From the NCBI GenBank assembly GCA_031289325.1, contig JAITPS010000248.1, positions 1 through 11,119 on the forward strand: a DNA stretch of 11,119 bases, read 5' to 3'. A program made the position numbers and the translations under genes. Below are positions 1-6,708 of the stretch, piece by piece. A model generated the notes under the pieces. That model was not told where the DNA came from. It saw nothing but the letters and a program-made list of their open reading frames with translations, and did not search any database. The DNA is from Candidatus Methanovirga meridionalis (GTDB lineage Archaea; Methanobacteriota; Methanobacteria; Methanobacteriales; Methanobacteriaceae). Each line of letters opens with the position of its first letter. Within the stretch, counting starts at the first letter, position 1.

Positions 1-120
1 TATTTAAAAAATTGTTATTTAAAAAATTGTTATTTAAAAAATTGTTATTTAAAAAATTGTTATTTAAAAAATTGTTATTTAAAAAATTGTTATTTAAAAA
101 ATTGTTATTTAAAAAATTAA
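1..120. repeat. Perfect tandem array of a 15-bp unit TATTTAAAAAATTGT, 8 copies, truncated by the left window edge
   Basis: Direct reading shows units at 1-15, 16-30 ... 91-105 are identical. The last unit, 106-120, ends in AA instead of GT. Confidence 0.95.
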
Positions 121-121
121 C

Positions 122-420
122 TTATAGTCATTATGGAAAAGTTCTTAAATTTTGAATAATAACTTTTTTTATTAAATTATTTAATTTTAAATATTATTTC
201 ATGAAACTCTATAATTTTTAATTTATAATAATATAAATATATTTTAATTAATATAAGTAATTCTTAATTAATATAACTAATTCTTAATTAATATAACAAA
301 TTTTAAATTAATATAACTAATTCTTAATTAATATAACAAATTTTAAATTAATATATTTAATAATATTTATTTTTAAAAAAGTTGTTTATTAAGGACTTTA
401 TCAAAACCATTATAATTACA
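122..420 (+). repeat. Copy A of a dispersed ~300-bp intergenic element. It comprises a 5' block (122-197), an internal ~20-bp-period array (244-359) and a 3' block (356-420). Imperfect terminal inverted repeats are AAAGTTCTTAA (138-148) and TTAAGGACTTT (389-399).
   Basis: Copy A is colinear with the copy at 10626-10885 and shares ordered blocks with it. It matches the reverse complement of 5957-6316. Its 5' block also matches 4296-4372. Confidence 0.8.
244..359. repeat. Tandem ~20-bp units (TTAATTAATATAACTAATTC / CAAATTTTAAATTAATATAA), including a 40-bp higher-order unit present twice (270-309 and 310-349)
   Basis: Read directly from the sequence. Confidence 0.85.
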
Positions 421-640
421 AACATTTTTTACATAAATTAAAAGAAAACACTTGAATGGCATCGATAATATAGTCTAAATTCTCATGGTTAAAACCAAAT
501 TTCAAATCTTTGAAAACCATGTCTTTTACACAGCCCAAATATCTACCCAAATATCTAATTAAATTTTATTTATAGTGTAATTAAACATCTGTGTGTAATT
601 TAAAAAAATTTCATTATTGAAATTGTTCAATTTAGACTCT

Positions 641-677
641 CAAATAAAAAAAAAAAGGAAAAAAAGAAAATATATAT
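641..677 (-). terminator. Oligo-T tract immediately downstream of the hdrB stop (minus strand reads ATTTTCTTTTTTTCCTTTTTTTTTTTTATTTG)
   Basis: Archaeal transcription terminates at oligo-dT runs. There is a run of at least 11 T within 35 nt of the stop codon. Confidence 0.6.
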
Positions 678-1583
678 TTACTCTGTCGCATTAGCATCTA
701 ATTCTGCAACTAATTTAGCGAGAACAGGATCAGAGCTTATTTGATGAGCATCTAAAGTTAAATCAGTTTTGTTTAATCCCATAGCTAATCCATAAAGTTG
801 AGCTAAATGGAAAACAGGAATTTGATAATTAGTACCATACTTCTGATTAACTTCAACTTGACCTACATCAAATTGCATGTGACAGAATGGGCAAATTTCA
901 ACTATAGCATCAACATCAGCATCGGTCATGTTGTCAAGTTTTTCTTTGGTGATACTTAAAGTAACATCTTTATCTCTTGCTCTTAATCCACCACCAGCAC
1001 CACAGCACAACATTTTATCTTTATATGGAATAGACCTTGCACCAGTGACTTCAACAAGTTCATCTAAAATTTGTGGTCTTTCAGCATTGTCAATACCAAT
1101 ATCTGCAGTTGGTTTTAAAAAGTGACAACCATAGTGAACAGCAACATCTAAGTTTAATTGCTTGTCTACTAATTCATTTAATTTATCAAGACCAACTGAG
1201 TTATATAAAACTTCAGCAAAATGTCTAACATTAATAGAACCTTTATATTCTTTGCCAACTTCAGATAAAACTTCATTTACCTCATCTTTAAGTGTTGCAT
1301 CATGTTGTAGTTCTTCATTAGCTTCAAATAATGAGCCAAAACACCCATTACATTCAGTCATTAAATCAGAACCCATTTCTTCGGCAATAGCTATGTTACG
1401 AGCAGCTATTGAAACCCATGTTTTTTTATCAAATGAACCAAAAACACCAGGAGCAGGACAACAGGATGCTCCGTGCATATCATTAAGGGCGAAATCTAAT
1501 TTATCAAATAAAATTCTTGTTGCTTTTTCAATTCCAGGATATCGGTTGTTCATAATACAACCTAAGAAGTATGCAATTTCCAT
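678..1583 (-). CDS. hdrB: Heterodisulfide reductase subunit B (HdrB), CCG-domain protein
   Basis: 301-aa ORF. The N-terminus MEIAYFLGCIMNNRYPGIEKATR and the motifs ASCCPAPGVFGSFD and LCCGAGGG match the two cysteine-rich CCG domains of HdrB. The SD AAGGAGAT lies 5–6 nt upstream of the ATG (minus strand, about 1586-1596). The gene starts 18 bp downstream of the hdrC stop, giving hdrCB operon order as in Methanothermobacter. Confidence 0.9.
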   Translation of the reverse strand: MEIAYFLGCIMNNRYPGIEKATRILFDKLDFALNDMHGASCCPAPGVFGSFDKKTWVSIAARNIAIAEEMGSDLMTECNGCFGSLFEANEELQHDATLKDEVNEVLSEVGKEYKGSINVRHFAEVLYNSVGLDKLNELVDKQLNLDVAVHYGCHFLKPTADIGIDNAERPQILDELVEVTGARSIPYKDKMLCCGAGGGLRARDKDVTLSITKEKLDNMTDADVDAIVEICPFCHMQFDVGQVEVNQKYGTNYQIPVFHLAQLYGLAMGLNKTDLTLDAHQISSDPVLAKLVAELDANATE

Positions 1584-1601
1584 TTTAAAATCTCCTTAAA
1601 A

Positions 1602-2681
1602 TTATTCAACTAATTCATTGGTTTCCATATTGTAACCAATTAATTTATCAAATCCAGTTGCTTTACAAATAGTTCTTATATCTTCTAATGCTTTTGCTTC
1701 GGAATGAGTTGTTGGTGGTAATTCAGATAATCCAACCTTTTTCCTTAAAATTTTAGTAGCATCATTGATTGGTACGCCATGTCCAGTTTTTATAACAAAT
1801 GAACCAGTTGCTCTATGAGCAGGAGCCATAAATCCAGCTTTAGCAGCTTCATTACGTGCTAATTTAATAATTTCAACTATTTTAACACTTCTTGGGCATC
1901 TTTCTTGGCAAGTATAACATGTTGTACACATCCATAATGCTGGATCAGAGATTACATCATCTTTTAATCCCATTAAACACTTTCGAACAATTTGTCTTAC
2001 TTTATAAGGAGTTCTTCTTCCTGAAGGACATCCTCCACTACATGTACCACATTGAAAACAATGTTCTACAGTATCAATACCTGCATCAACAAACAATTGT
2101 GTAAACTCTTTGTTAACATTTTCAGGTCTAATTACCAAATTTTCTTCTAATAAAGTCATATTATCTCCTTTCTTATTTTTTTCTTCTGAAACTTTAGTTT
2201 TTTCTTCAACAGCTACAGCAACTTCATCTTTAGAACCTTTTTCTTTTTTTAAAGTTGGTTTGTCATTTTTAACTTTAATTTTTTCATTTTCAACAGTTTT
2301 CACTTCAGATATTTCTTCTTTTTCATTAGTTTCCTTTTTAGCAGGTCTCTCAATTGAAGCATTTTTCTCTTTAGTGGATCCTGTTTCAACAGGCTTTTCT
2401 TTTTCAACAGTTTCCTGTTTTTTAGGCTCTGTTTTAACGGATTCTTCAGATTTAGGTGTCGTAGAATTTTTAGTAACAGAAGAATCAGTTTTCTCTTCTG
2501 TAATTTCATCTGTGGAAGAACGTTTGTCTTTAGAATCAATATCTTCTTTAACAGGTGCTTCCTTAACAGATTCATTCTCAATTACATCCTGATTATCTCC
2601 TTTAAAGAGAGATTTTAGATATTTAATTAAAGACATTTTTATCACACCTTTGAAATTAATGGTATACACCCTTAATTTCAT
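1602..2681 (-). CDS. hdrC: Heterodisulfide reductase subunit C (HdrC; 2x[4Fe-4S] ferredoxin domain) with an unusual ~160–175-aa K/E/T-rich N-terminal extension. Alternative starts are at 2636 (Met16, SD GGTGTGAT) and 2159 (Met175 MTLLEEN, the canonical HdrC N-terminus, strong SD AGGAGAT).
   Basis: The C-terminal 185 aa (MTLLEENLVIRPENVNKEF...CFQCGTCSGGCP...CTTCYTCQERCP) has the canonical HdrC length and both CxxCxxCxxxCP cluster motifs. The frame stays open a further 522 nt upstream through non-repetitive Lys/Glu/Thr/Ser/Pro-rich sequence. A TATA-like TTTATATA at 2705-2712 (minus strand) would place a transcription start near 2681, so the longest form may be translated from a leaderless mRNA. 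Confidence 0.8.
   Translation of the reverse strand: MKLRVYTINFKGVIKMSLIKYLKSLFKGDNQDVIENESVKEAPVKEDIDSKDKRSSTDEITEEKTDSSVTKNSTTPKSEESVKTEPKKQETVEKEKPVETGSTKEKNASIERPAKKETNEKEEISEVKTVENEKIKVKNDKPTLKKEKGSKDEVAVAVEEKTKVSEEKNKKGDNMTLLEENLVIRPENVNKEFTQLFVDAGIDTVEHCFQCGTCSGGCPSGRRTPYKVRQIVRKCLMGLKDDVISDPALWMCTTCYTCQERCPRSVKIVEIIKLARNEAAKAGFMAPAHRATGSFVIKTGHGVPINDATKILRKKVGLSELPPTTHSEAKALEDIRTICKATGFDKLIGYNMETNELVE
2160..2172 (-). promoter_or_regulatory. Strong internal Shine-Dalgarno (GAAAGGAGATAAT) immediately 5' of the canonical HdrC Met codon at 2157-2159
   Basis: The minus strand reads GAAAGGAGATAATATGACTTTATTAGAA. The AGGAGAT sits at optimal spacing from the ATG. Confidence 0.6.
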
Positions 2682-2704
2682 ACTAATTATTTTTGAATGT
2701 GTAG

Positions 2705-2712
2705 TATATAAA
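2705..2712 (-). promoter_or_regulatory. TATA-box-like TTTATATA upstream of hdrC, with an abutting inverted repeat GGTTAC-N16-GTAACC at 2713-2740
   Basis: This is the best consensus archaeal TATA match in the 190-bp U32-hdrC spacer. It lies about 27 bp upstream of the first in-frame ATG of hdrC (2681). The inverted repeat occupies the BRE/upstream-activator position. Confidence 0.45.
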
Positions 2713-2827
2713 GGTTACTAAAATTTTGATTTCTGTAACCCTTTAGGCACCACATAAATATATCTTAAAATAGCTTTATATTTTAATTTAATCCATTATT
2801 TTAATAAAATATTAAATTATTAGATAA

Positions 2828-4033
2828 TTAAATTTTTATAAGCTTATAAACATGATCATTTTTTCTTATTTTATTTTTAATAGCTATTGCTACATTTTTA
2901 CCTTTCTCTACTTTTTTAATAGCTTTGCCATTAATTTCCATTGATTCAACTATCTGATTAATAGAACCCGTTGTATTTCCTTGAATTATTATTTCATCAA
3001 ACAAATTTAAATCATCCCATAACTGAATTTCAGCAACTTTAATTTTGTTATAATAATTAACAACTTTTCCAATATCTTTTTTCCTATAAGTTGCATCGTT
3101 ATCCTTACTAATTTCATAAGGTTGATTAAAATAGAATCCAGTATCAAAACCACGATGGAAAACTTTTCTTAAATCTAATAACCATTGAGGATTGAATTTA
3201 TATTTTTTTTGATTTACATTATATTGGTCAATAGCCTCTCTAAAAACTTTTGTTGAAGTTGCTACATAATCTGGAGATCTTCCTCTACCTTCAATTTTAA
3301 ATCCATCAACACCACTTTCCATAAGTTCAGGAATATGTTCTATCATGGTTAAATCTTTTGCAGATAAAAAATTTGTTTTATATGTTTCATCATAAGATTT
3401 TGCAAGAATTATTTCTTCTTTAATCCCATTTTCTATAGTTAATTTCCATTCTTTCCTGCATGGTTGTAAACATTTCCCACAGTTTGCACTTTCACCATAT
3501 AACCCATAACTTAAAAAACATCTTCCAGATATTCCCATACACATTGCACCATGAACAAAAACCTCAGTTTCAATAGGTGAGTTTTTAGCTATTTCTTTGA
3601 TCTCACTAAATGATAATTCTCTTGAAAGAATGACTCGACTAACACCAAGCTTTTTTAAAATTTTAAGTGTTTTAGTATTAGTCACATTACTTTGAACACT
3701 TAAATGAACATTAAAATGATTTTCAACACTAATATCAACCATTCCTAAATCACTCACTATAAGAGCATCAACTTCATAGCTATTAATCTCTGGTAAAATA
3801 GTTTTAAACTCTTCAATATCTTTATCTTTCATCACAGTATTAGTGCATAAATATAATTTTTTATCATGCTCATGTGAAACATTTACAAGATTTTTAAGAT
3901 CTTTAACATTGAAATTACTTGCATTGTTTCTCATGTTTGATCCATCAAGCCCAACATAAATAGAATCAGCACCATTTTTCAATGCACTATTAAATGAAGA
4001 TAAGTTTCCAGCTGGAGCTAACAATTCAACCAT
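2828..4033 (-). CDS. Peptidase U32 family protein (collagenase-like YhbU/RlhA/TrhP family)
   Basis: 401-aa ORF. The N-terminus MVELLAPAGNLSSFNSALKNGADSIYVG matches the hallmark M-x-ELLAPAG...GADAVY start of U32 proteins. Conserved Cys residues (CMGISGRCF, CGKCLQPC) are present. The SD GGTG lies 7 nt upstream of the ATG. Confidence 0.85.
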   Translation of the reverse strand: MVELLAPAGNLSSFNSALKNGADSIYVGLDGSNMRNNASNFNVKDLKNLVNVSHEHDKKLYLCTNTVMKDKDIEEFKTILPEINSYEVDALIVSDLGMVDISVENHFNVHLSVQSNVTNTKTLKILKKLGVSRVILSRELSFSEIKEIAKNSPIETEVFVHGAMCMGISGRCFLSYGLYGESANCGKCLQPCRKEWKLTIENGIKEEIILAKSYDETYKTNFLSAKDLTMIEHIPELMESGVDGFKIEGRGRSPDYVATSTKVFREAIDQYNVNQKKYKFNPQWLLDLRKVFHRGFDTGFYFNQPYEISKDNDATYRKKDIGKVVNYYNKIKVAEIQLWDDLNLFDEIIIQGNTTGSINQIVESMEINGKAIKKVEKGKNVAIAIKNKIRKNDHVYKLIKI

Positions 4034-4200
4034 TAAAACACCTTTAAAATTTTAAGTTGGATTTAAACATTCCTTAGATTTAAACAGTTTCTATATAATA
4101 AATAAAAACAATCTATTTGTATAAAATAAATATTTAAAATAGATATTATAATAATTAATTCAAAACATTTAATTTAATTCATAAAATATTTAATTATAAT

Positions 4201-4271
4201 TCCAATTTTTTTATTAATTCTCCAATTTTTTTATTAATTCCATTTTTAAAAAATCAATTTTTAAAAAATCA
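4201..4271. repeat. Short tandem duplications: TCCAATTTTTTTATTAATTC x2 (4201-4240), then ATTTTTAAAAAATCA x2
   Basis: Read directly from the sequence. Confidence 0.8.
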
Positions 4272-4295
4272 TTATTATTTTAATTTAAAATTTTT

Positions 4296-4500
4296 AATAT
4301 ATGAGCATATGGGAAAGTTCCTAAATTTTAAAATGATAATTTTTTATTAAATTATTTAATTTTTAATATCATTTTATAAAATCTGCAATTTTAAATAATA
4401 TCTATTTTAAATTTTAAATTAATATCAATTTTAAATAATATAATAACATTTTGATTAATATAATATATCAAAAAATAATATCACAAAATAATATCACAAA
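4296..4500 (+). repeat. Copy B of the dispersed element. It has the 5' block (TATGAGCATATGGGAAAGTTCCTAAATTTTAAAATGATAATTTTTTATTAAATTATTTAATTTTTAATATC, 4296-4372) and the AATTTTAAATTAATAT array motif, but no recognisable 3' block.
   Basis: About 85% identity to 122-197 across ~75 bp, including the shared 27-mer TTATTAAATTATTTAATTTT(A/T)AATAT. It sits in the divergent U32/gap intergenic region, about 260 bp from either start codon. Confidence 0.75.
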
Positions 4501-4635
4501 ATTTATATACTTATATAAACTGATTTTATATTATGAGTTTTACTTTTCATGAAAATAAAAGCAAACTTAGATATTATTTATTCGATATTTTAAAAATTAT
4601 GTTTAAATTATATGAAATTTCAATGGAGATTTATA

Positions 4636-5652
4636 ATGAAAGCATCTGTAGCAATTAATGGATACGGTACAATTGGAAAAAGAGTAGCTGATGCAGTTTC
4701 AGCTCAAGATGATATGAAAATTATTGGTGTTAGCAAAACAAGACCAAATTATGAAGCTAAAATAGCTGTTGAGAAAGGATATGATTTATACATAGCTATT
4801 CCAGAGCGTGAAAAGTTATTTGATGAGGCTGGAATTGAAATAGCTGGAACAACTGATGAAATGATTGAAAAATCAGATATTGTTGTTGACTGTACACCTG
4901 GTAATGTTGGTCCTGAAAATCTTGAGAAATATAAAGCAAGCAATGTTAAGGCAATTTATCAAGGTGGAGAAAAACATACCCTTACAGGATTATCATTTAA
5001 TTCTATTGCAAACTATTCCGATTCTGTAGGAAAGGAATATACAAGAGTTGTATCCTGTAATACAACTGGTTTAGCTCGTAGTTTAACTCCTATTAGTAAA
5101 AACTGGGGAATTAAAAAAGTTAGAGCTGTTATGGTTCGTCGTGGTGGAGACCCTTATCAAGTTAACAAAGGACCTATTAATGGAATCGTTCCAAACCCAC
5201 CTAAAGTTCCTTCTCATCATGGTCCTGATCTTGAGACTGTATTGAATGGTGTAGATATCACAACAATGGCTTTATTAGTCCCAACTACTCTCATGCATCA
5301 ACATAATTTAATGGTTGAACTTGAAAATGATGCAAAAATTGATGATGTAATTGATGTATGGGAGAAAAGATCAAGAGTTCTTTTATTAAAAGCAGAAGAT
5401 GGTTTAACTTCAACTGCTGGATTCATGGAATATGCTAAAGAACTTGGAAGAAATAGAAATGATTTCTATGAAATTCCTATTTGGAGAGAATCAATTAATG
5501 TTGTAGATGGAGAATTATTCTACATGCAGGCAGTACACCAAGAATCCGATGTTGTTCCTGAAAATGTGGATGCTATAAGAGCATTATTAGAATTAGAAAC
5601 AGATGGTGAAAAATCTATAGCTAAAACCAATAAAGCTATGGGAATTTTATAA
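4636..5652 (+). CDS. gap: Glyceraldehyde-3-phosphate dehydrogenase, archaeal type II, phosphorylating
   Basis: The Rossmann motif [17 protein letters not shown] and the catalytic-Cys motif VVSCNTTGL are typical of archaeal GAPDH. The ORF in the track begins at 4612, but the ATG at 4636 has the SD GGAGAT 6 nt upstream and gives the canonical N-terminus MKASVAING. An oligo-T tract follows the stop. Confidence 0.9.
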   Translation: MKASVAINGYGTIGKRVADAVSAQDDMKIIGVSKTRPNYEAKIAVEKGYDLYIAIPEREKLFDEAGIEIAGTTDEMIEKSDIVVDCTPGNVGPENLEKYKASNVKAIYQGGEKHTLTGLSFNSIANYSDSVGKEYTRVVSCNTTGLARSLTPISKNWGIKKVRAVMVRRGGDPYQVNKGPINGIVPNPPKVPSHHGPDLETVLNGVDITTMALLVPTTLMHQHNLMVELENDAKIDDVIDVWEKRSRVLLLKAEDGLTSTAGFMEYAKELGRNRNDFYEIPIWRESINVVDGELFYMQAVHQESDVVPENVDAIRALLELETDGEKSIAKTNKAMGIL

Positions 5653-5670
5653 TTTTTTCTTTTTTTTATA
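5653..5670 (+). terminator. Oligo-T tract TTTTTTCTTTTTTTTATA directly after the gap stop codon
   Basis: Archaeal oligo-dT terminator signal. Confidence 0.65.
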
Positions 5671-5956
5671 TATTAATTTTAGTTATATCAATTTTCAACT
5701 GATGAAGACATAATACTTTCTTTAATATTTATAGTTCCTCATTTTAAATCATTTTTAAGAACTTTATAAGATCAATACAGTACTAAAAAAAGATTTTTAC
5801 TTATAATGTTTCACATAACTAATGTATTTTATTATTACAAAAAATTATTACAAATTATTTTTTAAATATTAGTATTCATCGTTTAAATTTGATTTAAAGA
5901 AATAAAAATCATTTTTGATTGTATCTATTTAATTTGGATTTTGTAAAAGTAGTATA

Positions 5957-6316
5957 GTGGTTTTGATAAAGTTTTTAATAAATAACTTTTTTTTAAAATT
6001 AAATATTATTAAAAAAATTAAGTATTATTAAAAGATATTACTTAAAATTATTTTATATTACTTAAAACTATTTTATATTGCTTGAAATTATAGTAGTTTT
6101 GATAAAATTCTTAATAAATAATTTTTTTAAAATTAAATATTATTAAAATATATTTATTTAAAATTGATTATATTAATTAAAATAAGTGTATATTATTTAA
6201 AATTTAAAATTATTGTTTTTTATAAATTAATATTCAAAATTAATTAATTTAATAAAAAATTTATTATTATTCAAAAAAATTTATTATTCAAAATTTAAGA
6301 ACTTTTTCATGAATGA
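5957..6316 (-). repeat. Copy D of the dispersed element in inverted orientation. The reverse-complemented 3' block is at 5957-6015 and the reverse-complemented 5' block at 6228-6316. There are internal duplications: a second 3' block at 6088-6150 and 20-bp tandem units ATTACTTAAAATTATTTTAT at 6037-6089.
   Basis: 5957-6012 (GTGGTTTTGATAAAGTTTTTAATAAATAACTTTTTTTTAAAATTAAATATTATTAAAAA) matches the reverse complement of 356-410 at over 90%. 6285-6315 (TTCAAAATTTAAGAACTTTTTCATGAATGA) matches the reverse complement of 128-157 with only 2-3 mismatches. Confidence 0.8.
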
Positions 6317-6330
6317 ATATATTTTGCATT

Positions 6331-6430
6331 AATTAAAAATTATTTATATTAATTAAAAATTATTTATATTAATTAAAAATTATTTATATTAATTAAAAAT
6401 TATTTATATTAATTAAAAATTATTTATATT
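6331..6430. repeat. Perfect tandem array of a 20-bp unit AATTAAAAATTATTTATATT, 5 copies, with a degenerate sixth unit
   Basis: Read directly from the sequence. The array is flanked on the right (6440-6494) by a partial second inverted copy of the element 5' block (AATATTTAAAATTAATTAATTTAATAAAACAATTTT). Confidence 0.95.
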
Positions 6431-6556
6431 AATTAATATTTAAAATTATTGATTTTTATAAATTAATATTTAAAATTAATTAATTTAATAAAACAATTTT
6501 ATAGAACATTACATAAGTGATATTAAATTAATCATGAAGCATAGGTTTAAAGCTAG

Positions 6557-6598
6557 AAAGTCTTTGATTTTCTTTTATTTCTTAAAATCAAAAACTTT
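6557..6598 (+). other. Hairpin with 15-bp arms AAAGTCTTTGATTTT / AAAATCAAAAACTTT and a 12-nt loop. It has one C·A mismatch in the plus-strand transcript and would be a perfect stem with a U·G pair in the minus-strand transcript. T-tracts follow on the plus strand.
   Basis: Reverse-complement comparison of 6557-6571 against 6584-6598. The hairpin lies 110 bp upstream of the SPFH gene start. Confidence 0.5.
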
Positions 6599-6708
6599 AA
6601 GAATTTTAAATTAATTTTTTAGAGAAAATAATTTTAGATAGAATAAATAGCTTAAATAAATAGCTTAAATTAATAAATGACTTAAATTAAGATATAAAAG
6701 GTGATATA

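Noticed and set aside
136-175. Micro-ORF MEKFLNFE at the start of the element 5' block, with apparently synonymous variation in copies B and C (MGKFLNFK…, …MNNFLNFEV)
   Set aside because: Only about 5 codons are comparable, with no SD and no consistent stop position across copies. Nucleotide-level conservation of the block explains the pattern equally well.
928-1599. Plus-strand ORFs 928-1125 and 1162-1599 antisense to hdrB
   Set aside because: They are entirely contained within the well-supported hdrB CDS on the opposite strand. Their serine/leucine-rich translations are typical antisense artefacts.
1892-2104. Plus-strand 70-aa ORF antisense to the hdrC Fe-S domain
   Set aside because: It sits inside the conserved ferredoxin domain of hdrC, and is a shadow ORF.
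2110-2592. Plus-strand 160-aa ORF (S/F/T/L-rich) and minus-strand 93-aa K/L-rich ORF (2300-2581) overlapping the hdrC extension
   Set aside because: These are shadow frames created by the strong purine/pyrimidine strand asymmetry of the K/E-rich hdrC extension. They are low-complexity, lack start context, and are not independent genes.
4100-4610. Replication origin (AT-rich region with direct repeats between divergent genes)
   Set aside because: There are no ORB-like boxes (no conserved G-string or TCCA-N-TGGA type motifs) and no adjacent cdc6/orc1 gene. The repeats are explained by the dispersed element family.
4612-4635. Longer N-terminus MKFQWRFI for GAPDH starting at 4612
   Set aside because: The ATG at 4636 has a well-placed GGAGAT SD and yields the conserved [15 protein letters not shown]-terminus. 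The 4612 start has no SD.
4749-4943. Minus-strand 64-aa ORF inside gap. Similar antisense ORFs lie inside the SPFH, apgM and glmM genes (6811-7026, 7185-7403, 7449-7670, 8403-8690, 9671-9883, 9991-10179).
   Set aside because: All are embedded antisense in confidently assigned conserved genes. They show no start signals and no plausible protein features.
5940-5965. tRNA-like D-loop resemblance (AGTAGTATAGTGG) in the intergenic region
   Set aside because: There is no acceptor stem, anticodon arm or T-loop (GTTCRANYC) around it. The segment is part of the inverted 3' block of the dispersed element.
6331-6430. Possible CRISPR array (regular 20-21-bp direct repeats here and at 1-120 and 10999-11119)
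   Set aside because: The units are contiguous with no unique spacers between them. Unit length of 15-21 bp is below CRISPR repeat length, and no cas genes are present. These are plain tandem satellites.
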